IMG/VR virus record: IMGVR_UViG_3300025138_000013
DNA length: 64,000 nt
Origin: a virus
Direction: 5' to 3' (one strand)
Within the stretch, counting starts at the first letter, position 1. Each line of letters starts with the position of its first letter. This document shows positions 9,000 through 17,578 of this stretch, piece by piece. A program made the translations under genes and the position numbers. Below the pieces are notes generated by a model that was given only the letters and a program-made list of their open reading frames with translations, was not told the origin of the DNA and did not search any database.

Positions 9000-10607
9000 A
9001 TGGCAACAGTAATTCAGATTAAAAGAAGTACAGGTGTATCTGCACCAGCTATCTCCGACTTAGCGGAAGGTGAATTAGCGTACGTACAGGATAGGTCGAA
9101 TTCGGGTGCTGGAGCAAAACTATTCATCGAATCAGTAGATTCTGATAATAGTACACCGTTAATCCAAGCAATTGGTGGTAAGTACTATACAGATATGCTT
9201 GCTGGTACAAGTGCAACTCCTGCCGACCTTAAGGTTGGTAATAGTGCAAGTACAGGTGGTAGTTTAAAGTTAATGGAAGACACAGACAACGGAACAAACT
9301 TCGTTGCCCTTAAATCTCCAAACACTTTAGGTTCTTCAGTAACGTGGACTCTTCCTTCAACAGACGGTAGTGCAAACCAAGTCATCGGTACAGATGGTTC
9401 GGGTCAACTTGCATTCTTATCAACAACATCAACCCTAGCAGGTGCAACGGATTCAGATATTTCTTCTCCAGCAGCAGGACACGTTCTTGTTCATGACGGA
9501 AGTAACTCTTTTGACAACAAACCAATAAGTGGTGATGTTACTATGGCATCTAGTGGTGCTGTAACAATCGCAAACGATGCTGTAGAAACAGCAATGATTG
9601 CAGACAGTAATGTAACAGTAGGAAAAATCGACTTCTTAGTAGACGAAGACAATATGGCTTCTAACTCTGCAGTCAAAGTTCCTTCTCAGCAATCTGTTAA
9701 AGCATATGTAGACAGTAGTGTAACCGCTTCAGACTTAGATATGGCTGGTGATAGTGGAACTGGTGCAGTCGACTTAGACTCTCAGTCAATCACATTTACT
9801 GGTGGAACTGGTGTAACAACTTCTGTTTCAGGTCAAGCAGCGACTTTCGCTATTGGTCAGGCAGTTGGAACTTCAGACAACGTATCATTCGGTAACGTAA
9901 CAGTTGGCGGAACACTAAACTCAGACGATATCACTGCAACAACATTGACTGCAAGTGGTAACGTTGTTGTAACAGGTAACTTAAGTGTTAACGGTACTAC
10001 TACAACAGTAAATAGTACAACTGTTTCTATCGCAGACCCAGTGTTTGAAATTGGTTCAGATAGTTCAGACGATAACTTAGACCGTGGTATTAAATTCAAA
10101 TATAACGATGGAGCTGCTAAACTCGGTTTCTTCGGTATGGACGAAAATAATCAGAAATTTGTTGCTCTTAAAGCTGCAACAGATTCTTCTTCAGTATTCA
10201 GTGGTACAGCGATGGACGGTGTATTCGGTGGATTAGAAGCAAGTGGTCTTGCATTAAGTGGTTCAATCACTTCTGTAGACGGTGCTGCTCCAACAGCTGG
10301 TCAAATAATGATGGGTACTGGTTCAGACTTTGCAGTTGGAACTATTACTGCTGGTGATGGAATTGATGTTACTAACGGAAGTGGAAGCATTACAATCAGT
10401 TCTGAGCAATCTACTGCATCTAATTTAGGTGTTGTAATTGTAGCAGCTGGAGATGGTATGGACGTATCATACTCAAGCGGAACAGCAACTGTAAGTGGTG
10501 AAGATGCAACAACATCCAATAAAGGTATTGCAAGTTTTGCTACAGCAAACTTTACAGTATCAAGTGGTGCAGTTTCAATCACTGGTATTGACGGCGGAAC
10601 ATTTTAA
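9000..10607 (+). CDS. Tail fibre protein
   Basis: N-terminal MATVIQIKRS..P....L.EGELA; GNL.VNGTTTTVNST motif; ends IDGGTF. Confidence 0.75.
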   Translation: MATVIQIKRSTGVSAPAISDLAEGELAYVQDRSNSGAGAKLFIESVDSDNSTPLIQAIGGKYYTDMLAGTSATPADLKVGNSASTGGSLKLMEDTDNGTNFVALKSPNTLGSSVTWTLPSTDGSANQVIGTDGSGQLAFLSTTSTLAGATDSDISSPAAGHVLVHDGSNSFDNKPISGDVTMASSGAVTIANDAVETAMIADSNVTVGKIDFLVDEDNMASNSAVKVPSQQSVKAYVDSSVTASDLDMAGDSGTGAVDLDSQSITFTGGTGVTTSVSGQAATFAIGQAVGTSDNVSFGNVTVGGTLNSDDITATTLTASGNVVVTGNLSVNGTTTTVNSTTVSIADPVFEIGSDSSDDNLDRGIKFKYNDGAAKLGFFGMDENNQKFVALKAATDSSSVFSGTAMDGVFGGLEASGLALSGSITSVDGAAPTAGQIMMGTGSDFAVGTITAGDGIDVTNGSGSITISSEQSTASNLGVVIVAAGDGMDVSYSSGTATVSGEDATTSNKGIASFATANFTVSSGAVSITGIDGGTF

Positions 10608-10645
10608 TTAATATTTCATCAATCAATCAATACTAGGAGAGTAAC

Positions 10646-11473
10646 ATGGCAACAGTTATTAATTTTAAAAGAAGTTCGACTCAGAATGCAGTCCCGACTA
10701 CTAGTGATTTATCACTAGGTGAAGTCGCGATTAATACCTATCATGGTAGAATGTATACTGAAAAGAACGATGGGTCAGCAGCGGTTTCTGAAATCGGTTC
10801 TAATCCTAAAACTCTTACTGTTAATGACGCCTACTCCTTTCCATCAAGTGACGGAACATCGAACCAAGTATTGTCAACGAATGGCTCAGGCACACTTTCA
10901 TTTAGTAATCAACCATCAAGTGGAGTTGTAACATTTACCTACACTATAGGCTCAACGACAACAGTCATCACTGGAAACGATGATGATAGTAACTCGTTAG
11001 TTTATCAAGCAGGTAGTGAACAAGTTTACTTAAATGGTGTAAAACTAATTGGTGGTGGCATTGACTATGCAACGACATCCAGTTCGGTCATTACCCTTCA
11101 AGCAAATGCTTTAAGTGGTGATGTGTTAGAAATAGTTGCAATCACAGCTGCAGCGAACCTTGTACAAGGGTTCTTTACTGCAAGTGTTTTAACAGCAACA
11201 ACAGCAGACCAAGTATTATCTTCAAATGCAGTTGCAATAAAGGCAGTTAAATATGTCATTAATGCAACTCATGCTTCGGCAGGGACACATGCAAGTGAAG
11301 TATTACTTATTAATAACGGCTCGAATGCATACTTCACGCAATATGGTGATGTGTATTCAACAGCAAGTTTGTTTACATTGAGTGCAGACGTTGACTCGGG
11401 GGCAATGAGATTACTCGTTACTCCAGCCAATACAAACACTACAATTGATACATTCCAAATTAGACATTCTTAA
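10646..11473 (+). CDS. Tail fibre-associated protein
   Basis: N-terminal MATVINFKRS..P..L.LGE.AIN; P.SDG..NQVL.T.GSG.L.F motif; VYLNGVKL; C-terminal domain shared with the next two genes. Confidence 0.7.
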   Translation: MATVINFKRSSTQNAVPTTSDLSLGEVAINTYHGRMYTEKNDGSAAVSEIGSNPKTLTVNDAYSFPSSDGTSNQVLSTNGSGTLSFSNQPSSGVVTFTYTIGSTTTVITGNDDDSNSLVYQAGSEQVYLNGVKLIGGGIDYATTSSSVITLQANALSGDVLEIVAITAAANLVQGFFTASVLTATTADQVLSSNAVAIKAVKYVINATHASAGTHASEVLLINNGSNAYFTQYGDVYSTASLFTLSADVDSGAMRLLVTPANTNTTIDTFQIRHS

Positions 11474-11487
11474 GGGGGGATTAACTA

Positions 11488-11901
11488 ATGGCAAAATCAA
11501 ATAGTTTTAAATTAGCAGAATTAATCCGTGTCTTCCAGTACGATACATCGTCAGATAAAATCAGTACAAGTAAGACCCTTTTAGATGCAAACAGAAGTAA
11601 AGGCGATTTAACTACTACTGCAACTACCCAAGTTAACTTGGATACGTTTGCAAAAGCAAGTTATAGAGCTGCACGATATGTTATTGCAATGACTGAAGGG
11701 GGTGATTTTCATAGTACCGAACTAATGTTAGTTCATGATGGTACCAATGTAACATTAACAGCTTACGGCACGTTAAAAAGTGGTTCTGTTCTGGCAACCT
11801 TTGATGCAGATATAAGTGGGAGTGACCTCAGATTGAGAATCACACCTGCTACAACTTCATCAACCGTTACTAAATTTGATAGAACAACAGTAGACGCATA
11901 A
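11488..11901 (+). CDS. Virion structural protein (DTF..YRAARY domain)
   Basis: Paralogous C-terminal domain to 10646 and 11965 proteins. Confidence 0.65.
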   Translation: MAKSNSFKLAELIRVFQYDTSSDKISTSKTLLDANRSKGDLTTTATTQVNLDTFAKASYRAARYVIAMTEGGDFHSTELMLVHDGTNVTLTAYGTLKSGSVLATFDADISGSDLRLRITPATTSSTVTKFDRTTVDA

Positions 11902-11921
11902 ACAAAAGACCAAAATCTTTT

Positions 11922-11948
11922 AAGGGGAACTTCGGTTCCCCTTTTTTT
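11922..11948 (+). terminator. Rho-independent terminator with C(UUCG)G loop
   Basis: AAGGGGAAC-TTCG-GTTCCCCTT followed by T run. Confidence 0.9.
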
Positions 11949-11951
11949 AGC

Positions 11952-11959
11952 TATAAATA
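11952..11959 (+). promoter_or_regulatory. T4-type late promoter TATAAATA
   Basis: Exact consensus, 5 nt before ATG 11965. Confidence 0.8.
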
Positions 11960-11964
11960 GAACT

Positions 11965-12798
11965 ATGGCAACTCAATCTAAATTTTTAGCAGATGTAGGG
12001 ATACAAACAGCAGGAGATACATCCATAGGTGGGAATCTTGTTGTTACTGGTGACCTAACTGTTAACGGAACCAATACAATTATTGATTCTACAACCCAAT
12101 CGGTTACAGATTCATTGATAGAACTTGCAAGTGGTAATACAACTGCAGATACTATTGACATTGGTATATATGGTAACTATAATGACGGTCTAAGTGGAGA
12201 GGGTGGTGCAAGTGAATATACAGGTCTATTTAGAGACGCGTCAGACTCCACATGGAAGTTATTTGATGGTCTAGAAGTAGAACCTTCTACCACAGTTAAT
12301 ATGAGTGGTAGTGGTTATGCATTAGCAGACTTACATGTTGGTGACTTAGTTGCAACAACATTGACTGCAACAAATAGTTTAACAGGTGCAAGTATTACTT
12401 ACCCAACTTCAGATGGAAGTAGTGGTCAAGTATTAACTACAAATGGTAGTGGAACACTAACCTTTGCAACACCTACAGGTTTAGAAGGTGGAACAGTAAC
12501 GACTACATCAACCTCTGAAGCAACTATGGATACCTTTGCAACTGGCTCTTATAGAAGTGCAAAGTATGAAGTATCTATATCAGATTCAACAAGTGGAACG
12601 TATCAGTTCACAGAACTTTCAATAGTTCATAATGGAACAACTGCAAGTGTGTCTCAGTACGGTACAGTCCTTACAGGGAATTCAGAACTTGCAACATTTG
12701 GAGTAGATATCAATATAGGAACTCTAAGAATTAGAGCAACTTCTGCTTCTTCAAATTCAACCGTCTATAAATTTAAAAAGATTTTAGTAGATGTATAA
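11965..12798 (+). CDS. Tail fibre-associated structural protein
   Basis: GDLTVNGT, DIGIYG.Y, GLFRDASD..WKLF motifs; C-terminal DTF..YRSAKY domain. Confidence 0.7.
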   Translation: MATQSKFLADVGIQTAGDTSIGGNLVVTGDLTVNGTNTIIDSTTQSVTDSLIELASGNTTADTIDIGIYGNYNDGLSGEGGASEYTGLFRDASDSTWKLFDGLEVEPSTTVNMSGSGYALADLHVGDLVATTLTATNSLTGASITYPTSDGSSGQVLTTNGSGTLTFATPTGLEGGTVTTTSTSEATMDTFATGSYRSAKYEVSISDSTSGTYQFTELSIVHNGTTASVSQYGTVLTGNSELATFGVDINIGTLRIRATSASSNSTVYKFKKILVDV

Positions 12799-12875
12799 AA
12801 TACGATACTTATGAGTGGGCAGAATCGATAAATAAATGTATCACCCCTCAAGGTAAACCTTAAAAGGACACATAA

Positions 12876-13094
12876 ATGGCAACACAAAATACATTCGTAA
12901 TTGAGTACGGACTTACAGTTGGTTCAACAGAAGTTATTTCCTCTGCAGGAAAACTAGCTGTATCAGCAATATCTTTACTTACTTCAGATAACTTAACGGA
13001 AGGTTCTTCGAACCAATACTTTACTTCAAGTAGATTTAACACTTCATTCGATACTAGATTATCAAATGCAGTTATTGATGGGGGTACAATCTAA
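12876..13094 (+). CDS. Short fibre-associated protein ending IDGGTI
   Basis: TSDNLTEGSSNQYFT motif shared with downstream fibre; SD AAGGA. Confidence 0.65.
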   Translation: MATQNTFVIEYGLTVGSTEVISSAGKLAVSAISLLTSDNLTEGSSNQYFTSSRFNTSFDTRLSNAVIDGGTI

Positions 13095-15985
13095 TGGCAG
13101 GAGAAAAGAATTTTATACTGAAGAACGGTTTATCCGTAGGAACAAATGATGTTCTAGATAGTTCGGGTGACTTAGTAGCAGGTGCATTTGGTACTGCAGC
13201 TATAGAGGTCATCGATGACCACGTTGCAAATACCTTACTAACAGCAGGTGCAGGCATTGGGCTTGCATATGATGACTCTGCTGGAACACTTACAATCACA
13301 GGACAAGTTGGTGATATTACAGGAGTTAACGCAGGACTTGGTTTAACTGGTACTGCAACTAGTGGAGATGCAACATTAAACATTGGTGCTGGTACAGGTA
13401 TTACTGTAAATGCAGATGACATTGCAATCAACTTTAAAGACGAAGATAATATGGCATCAGATAGTGCCGTACATGCAGCTACTCAACAATCAATTAAAGC
13501 ATATGTTGACACTCAAGTTGCAACAGTTCCAGTTGGAGACATAACAAGTGTTGTTGCTGGAGCAGGTTTAACAGGTGGTGGAACAAGTGGTGATGTAACA
13601 GTAAATGCTATTGCTGGAACAGGTATCACAGTTAATGCAGATAGTATTGAAGCTGATATGACTGCAATTAGAGCAAGTATCGATGGTGCAGACCTTGATA
13701 TGAGTGGTAACAAAGTATTATTTGGTAACATGTATGCTCAAGAAGCAGACTTACCAAGTGCAAGTACATATCATGGTATGTTTGCACATGTACATGGAAC
13801 AGGAGCAGGTTATTTTGCTCATGCTGGTGCATGGAAAAAATTACTAGATGAGTCTAGTTCAACAACTGCAAACTTAACAGAAAACACAAACCTGTATTAT
13901 ACAGATGCAAGAGCAGATGCAAGGATTACAAATGCACTTATAGATGAAGACGATTTCTCATCCAATAGTGCTACTAAGATTCCTTCACAACAATCTACAA
14001 AAGCATATATTGCTACACAGATTGCAACTAAAGATAATTCAGACGAAATTACAGAAGGTTCAAGTAACCTTTATCACACCACTGCAAGAGCAAGAGCATC
14101 TATAAGTGCTGGTGGTGACTTAGCATACAACAGTACAACTGGTGTAATGAGTTTCACAAACGATGCTGGAGATATTTCTTCAGTAGTTGCTGGTAACGGT
14201 TTAACTGGTGGTGCAACTACTGGTGACGCAACCTTGACGGTTGGTGCTGGTACAGGTATTACAGTTAACTCAACTAACGTTGCAGTTAATATGGGTGCAT
14301 TTGATTCAGATGACTTAAACGAAGGCTCAACTAATCTATATCACACTACAGAAAGAGTTCAAGATATTGCTGGAGCAATGTTCAGTTCAAATACTGAAAC
14401 AGGTATTGCAGTAACATATGACGATGCAGACGGAACAATAGACCTTGCAGTAGACGCAGAATTTATTTCAGATACAGTTGGTAACATGGTCACTTCTAAT
14501 ACAGAAAGTGGTCTTACAGTTACGTATCAAGATGCAGATAACACTTTAGACTTTGCAGTCGGAACACTTAACCAAGATACAACAGGATTAGCAGGAACTG
14601 CTACAGCACTTGCAAGTGCAAGAACTATCTCGGGTGTTTCATTTGACGGTACAGCAAACATCACACTAAACACTGGTGGAATCACAGAGAGTGGTAACCT
14701 TTACTTTACAAACGAAAGAGTGGATGACAGAGTTAATGCATTAATTGTTGGCGGAACAAACATAACTGCAACATACGATGATTCAGCTGGAACACTTACA
14801 ATTGACGGTAACGCAGCGGACATCACAGGTGTTACAGCTGGAGACGGTTTATCGGGTGGTGGTTCAAGTGGTACAGTTACTTTAAACCTAGATGCTTCAG
14901 TAGCAGGTGACGGTCTTGCACATTCAAGTGGTGTTCTATCAGTCGGAGTAGACGATAGTTCAATCGAAACAAATTCAGATGCATTAAGAGTTAAAGCACT
15001 TGGTGTTACTAATGCCATGTTAGCAGGTTCAATTGCAAACAGTAAACTTGCAAATGACAGTGTAACAATTAACTCACAGTCAGTAGACTTAGGTGCTTCA
15101 GTTACTTTAAACACATCTCACATTGGTGAGAGTGGTAACTTATACTTCACAGATGAAAGAGTTGACGATAGAGTTAACGCTTTAATTACTGCTGGTGTAA
15201 ACGTTGCAACAACATACGATGATTCAGCTGGAACACTAGAAATTAGAGTACCTTACGAAAACATTCAAGACACAGTTGGAACTCAATTTGCTACAAACGG
15301 TTCACACACAAACATAACTGCAACATACGATGATGCTGGTGACGGTGCAATTGACCTTTCAATTACAGATGCAACAATCAGAGCAAAACACTCTGCAGTT
15401 TCAAACGGAATTGGTGGACTAGCATATAGTACTTCGACAGGTGCATATACTTACACAGGGCCTTCTGCAACAGAAGTAAGAGCTCAACTAAGTGGTGGTA
15501 CTGGTGTTGCATACAGTGGTGGTGAATTCAGTATTGGACAGGCAGTTGCAACAACTAGTGATGTTACCTTTGCAGACGTATCTGCAAGTGGTAACCTTGT
15601 AGTTACAGGTAACTTGACAGTTAACGGTTCAACAGTAACAAATAGTTCAACTAACACAACAATCGAAGATTCATTGATTGAGTTAGGAAGTGGAACAACT
15701 GGTTCTCCATCGGGTGACGCAGGTATTGTCATTGAAAGAGGTGATGAAAGTAACGTGTTTATGGGTTGGGACGACAGTGCATCAAGTTTTGCATTCGGAA
15801 CAACTACTGCAACAGGTTCTTCAACTGGTGCATTAACAGTGACACCAGCAGCGGTATCTACAGGTGCATTGACAATAACAAATGCATCCAACAGTGGTGG
15901 AACTGCAAGAAATGTTTACCAATCAACATCGGCTCCAACAGGTGGGCAAGGTGCAGTTGGTGATATGTGGATTCTTTACTCCTAA
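13094..15985 (+). CDS. Long tail fibre protein; putative anchor for zipper cassette 2
   Basis: Repeated GDIT.V.AG.GL.GG..SG..TL and NLY(F/H/Y)T.ER motifs; ends STSAPTGGQGAVGDMWILYS. Confidence 0.8.
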   Translation: MAGEKNFILKNGLSVGTNDVLDSSGDLVAGAFGTAAIEVIDDHVANTLLTAGAGIGLAYDDSAGTLTITGQVGDITGVNAGLGLTGTATSGDATLNIGAGTGITVNADDIAINFKDEDNMASDSAVHAATQQSIKAYVDTQVATVPVGDITSVVAGAGLTGGGTSGDVTVNAIAGTGITVNADSIEADMTAIRASIDGADLDMSGNKVLFGNMYAQEADLPSASTYHGMFAHVHGTGAGYFAHAGAWKKLLDESSSTTANLTENTNLYYTDARADARITNALIDEDDFSSNSATKIPSQQSTKAYIATQIATKDNSDEITEGSSNLYHTTARARASISAGGDLAYNSTTGVMSFTNDAGDISSVVAGNGLTGGATTGDATLTVGAGTGITVNSTNVAVNMGAFDSDDLNEGSTNLYHTTERVQDIAGAMFSSNTETGIAVTYDDADGTIDLAVDAEFISDTVGNMVTSNTESGLTVTYQDADNTLDFAVGTLNQDTTGLAGTATALASARTISGVSFDGTANITLNTGGITESGNLYFTNERVDDRVNALIVGGTNITATYDDSAGTLTIDGNAADITGVTAGDGLSGGGSSGTVTLNLDASVAGDGLAHSSGVLSVGVDDSSIETNSDALRVKALGVTNAMLAGSIANSKLANDSVTINSQSVDLGASVTLNTSHIGESGNLYFTDERVDDRVNALITAGVNVATTYDDSAGTLEIRVPYENIQDTVGTQFATNGSHTNITATYDDAGDGAIDLSITDATIRAKHSAVSNGIGGLAYSTSTGAYTYTGPSATEVRAQLSGGTGVAYSGGEFSIGQAVATTSDVTFADVSASGNLVVTGNLTVNGSTVTNSSTNTTIEDSLIELGSGTTGSPSGDAGIVIERGDESNVFMGWDDSASSFAFGTTTATGSSTGALTVTPAAVSTGALTITNASNSGGTARNVYQSTSAPTGGQGAVGDMWILYS

Positions 15986-16036
15986 TACAGGGGTTTAGAA
16001 TTCTAATAAATAACAGTATTATTAATGGATAACTAA

Positions 16037-17527
16037 ATGGCAACAGGTTCACAAAAGGTCAAAACACCAGCAGGTTGGAATTCAACTCAAGGTGCATGGG
16101 TAAAAACAGCTAGTTCCACATGGAAAGCAGTTGACCAAATCTATATTAAAACTCCTACAGGATGGAATAATGCGTCAGGGCAGACTGCAACTCAAGTTCC
16201 TTACCCATACATTGCAAATGGACAAGAACCCAATATAAGAAACAAACAGAATCCGTATCCTTATATTGCAAATGCACAAGAGCCTAACATAAGGAACAAA
16301 CAGAATCCTTATCCATACATTGCAAATGCACAAGAACCTAATATAAGAAGCCAACAACAACCGTATCCTTATATAGCACAAGCAAGACAACCTAGTACAT
16401 ACCAACATAGAAGTCCATTTACATATAGTAATGTTGGTCAACAACCTACTACTTATCAACATAGGTCACCGTTCACTTATAGGAATCCTGTAAATGCACA
16501 AGAGCCTAATATAAGGAATGCACAAACACCGTTCACTTACAGAAATCCAGTGAATGGACAAGAACCTAATATTAGAGATGCAAGACAGCCTGCAACTTAT
16601 CAACATAGGTCTCCTTTAACATACTCACATAGGTCACCATTTACCTATCAACATAGGTCTCCATTCACATATAGAAATCCAGTGAATGCACAAGAACCTA
16701 ATATTAGAAATGCAAGACAACCTTCTACGTATCAACATAGGTCACCGTTAACATATAGTCATAGAAGTCCTTTAACGTATACTCATAGGTCACCATTTAC
16801 ATATAGAAGTCCTGTATCTGCACAAGAGCCTAACATAAGAGAAGCAAGACAACCTTCTACGTATCAACATAGAAGTCCTTTAACATATAGTCATAGGTCA
16901 CCGTCTATTTACCAACATAGGTCACCATTTACATATAGAAGTCCTGTATCTGCACAAGAACCTAATATTCGTTCTGCACAACAACCGTATCCTTATATTG
17001 CAGCTGCACAACAACCTAATATTCGTGCTGCACAACAACCTACTATTAAGAACCAACAGGAACCTAATATTAGAAATAATCAGGCACCATTTACGTACAA
17101 TCATAGGTCACCGTTCACTTATAGGAATCCTGTATCTGCACAACAACCTAATATTCGTTCTGCACAAGAACCTAATATTAGAAGTTCACAAACACCATTT
17201 ACATATAGTGCAAGGTATCCAGCGAATGCACAGCAACCTTTTACATTCCAAGCACCATTTACGTACAGGAACCCTACTAACGCAAGGCAACCTAACAGTG
17301 CAAGGAACCCATTCACATATAGACAACCTTATATAGCGAATGGAAGACAACCAAATAGTGCAAGGAACCCATTCACATATAGAGTACCGTACATTGCAAA
17401 CGCAAGAACTGGAACACCCGCTAGGTCACCAAGTATTGCACAACAACCCTCAACGTACCAGCACAGAAGTCCATTTACATACTACTTTGCTTACGGTGGC
17501 GGAGGGCAGAATTTTTATGAACCATAA
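16037..17527 (+). CDS. Modular repeat protein 'A' (47 modules, aa 53-476)
   Basis: N-terminal WVKTASSTWKAVDQIYIKTPTGW motif then 424 aa of even-length x-x-P modules. Confidence 0.85.
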   Translation: MATGSQKVKTPAGWNSTQGAWVKTASSTWKAVDQIYIKTPTGWNNASGQTATQVPYPYIANGQEPNIRNKQNPYPYIANAQEPNIRNKQNPYPYIANAQEPNIRSQQQPYPYIAQARQPSTYQHRSPFTYSNVGQQPTTYQHRSPFTYRNPVNAQEPNIRNAQTPFTYRNPVNGQEPNIRDARQPATYQHRSPLTYSHRSPFTYQHRSPFTYRNPVNAQEPNIRNARQPSTYQHRSPLTYSHRSPLTYTHRSPFTYRSPVSAQEPNIREARQPSTYQHRSPLTYSHRSPSIYQHRSPFTYRSPVSAQEPNIRSAQQPYPYIAAAQQPNIRAAQQPTIKNQQEPNIRNNQAPFTYNHRSPFTYRNPVSAQQPNIRSAQEPNIRSSQTPFTYSARYPANAQQPFTFQAPFTYRNPTNARQPNSARNPFTYRQPYIANGRQPNSARNPFTYRVPYIANARTGTPARSPSIAQQPSTYQHRSPFTYYFAYGGGGQNFYEP

Positions 17528-17578
17528 GCTGATGATACATATGAATAGTAATATAAAATTTAACAGGAATAATCTAAG

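Noticed and set aside
9000-11473. Diversity-generating retroelement targeting tropism-determinant-like fibres
   Set aside because: No reverse transcriptase and no adenine-variant TR/VR pair seen in the window.
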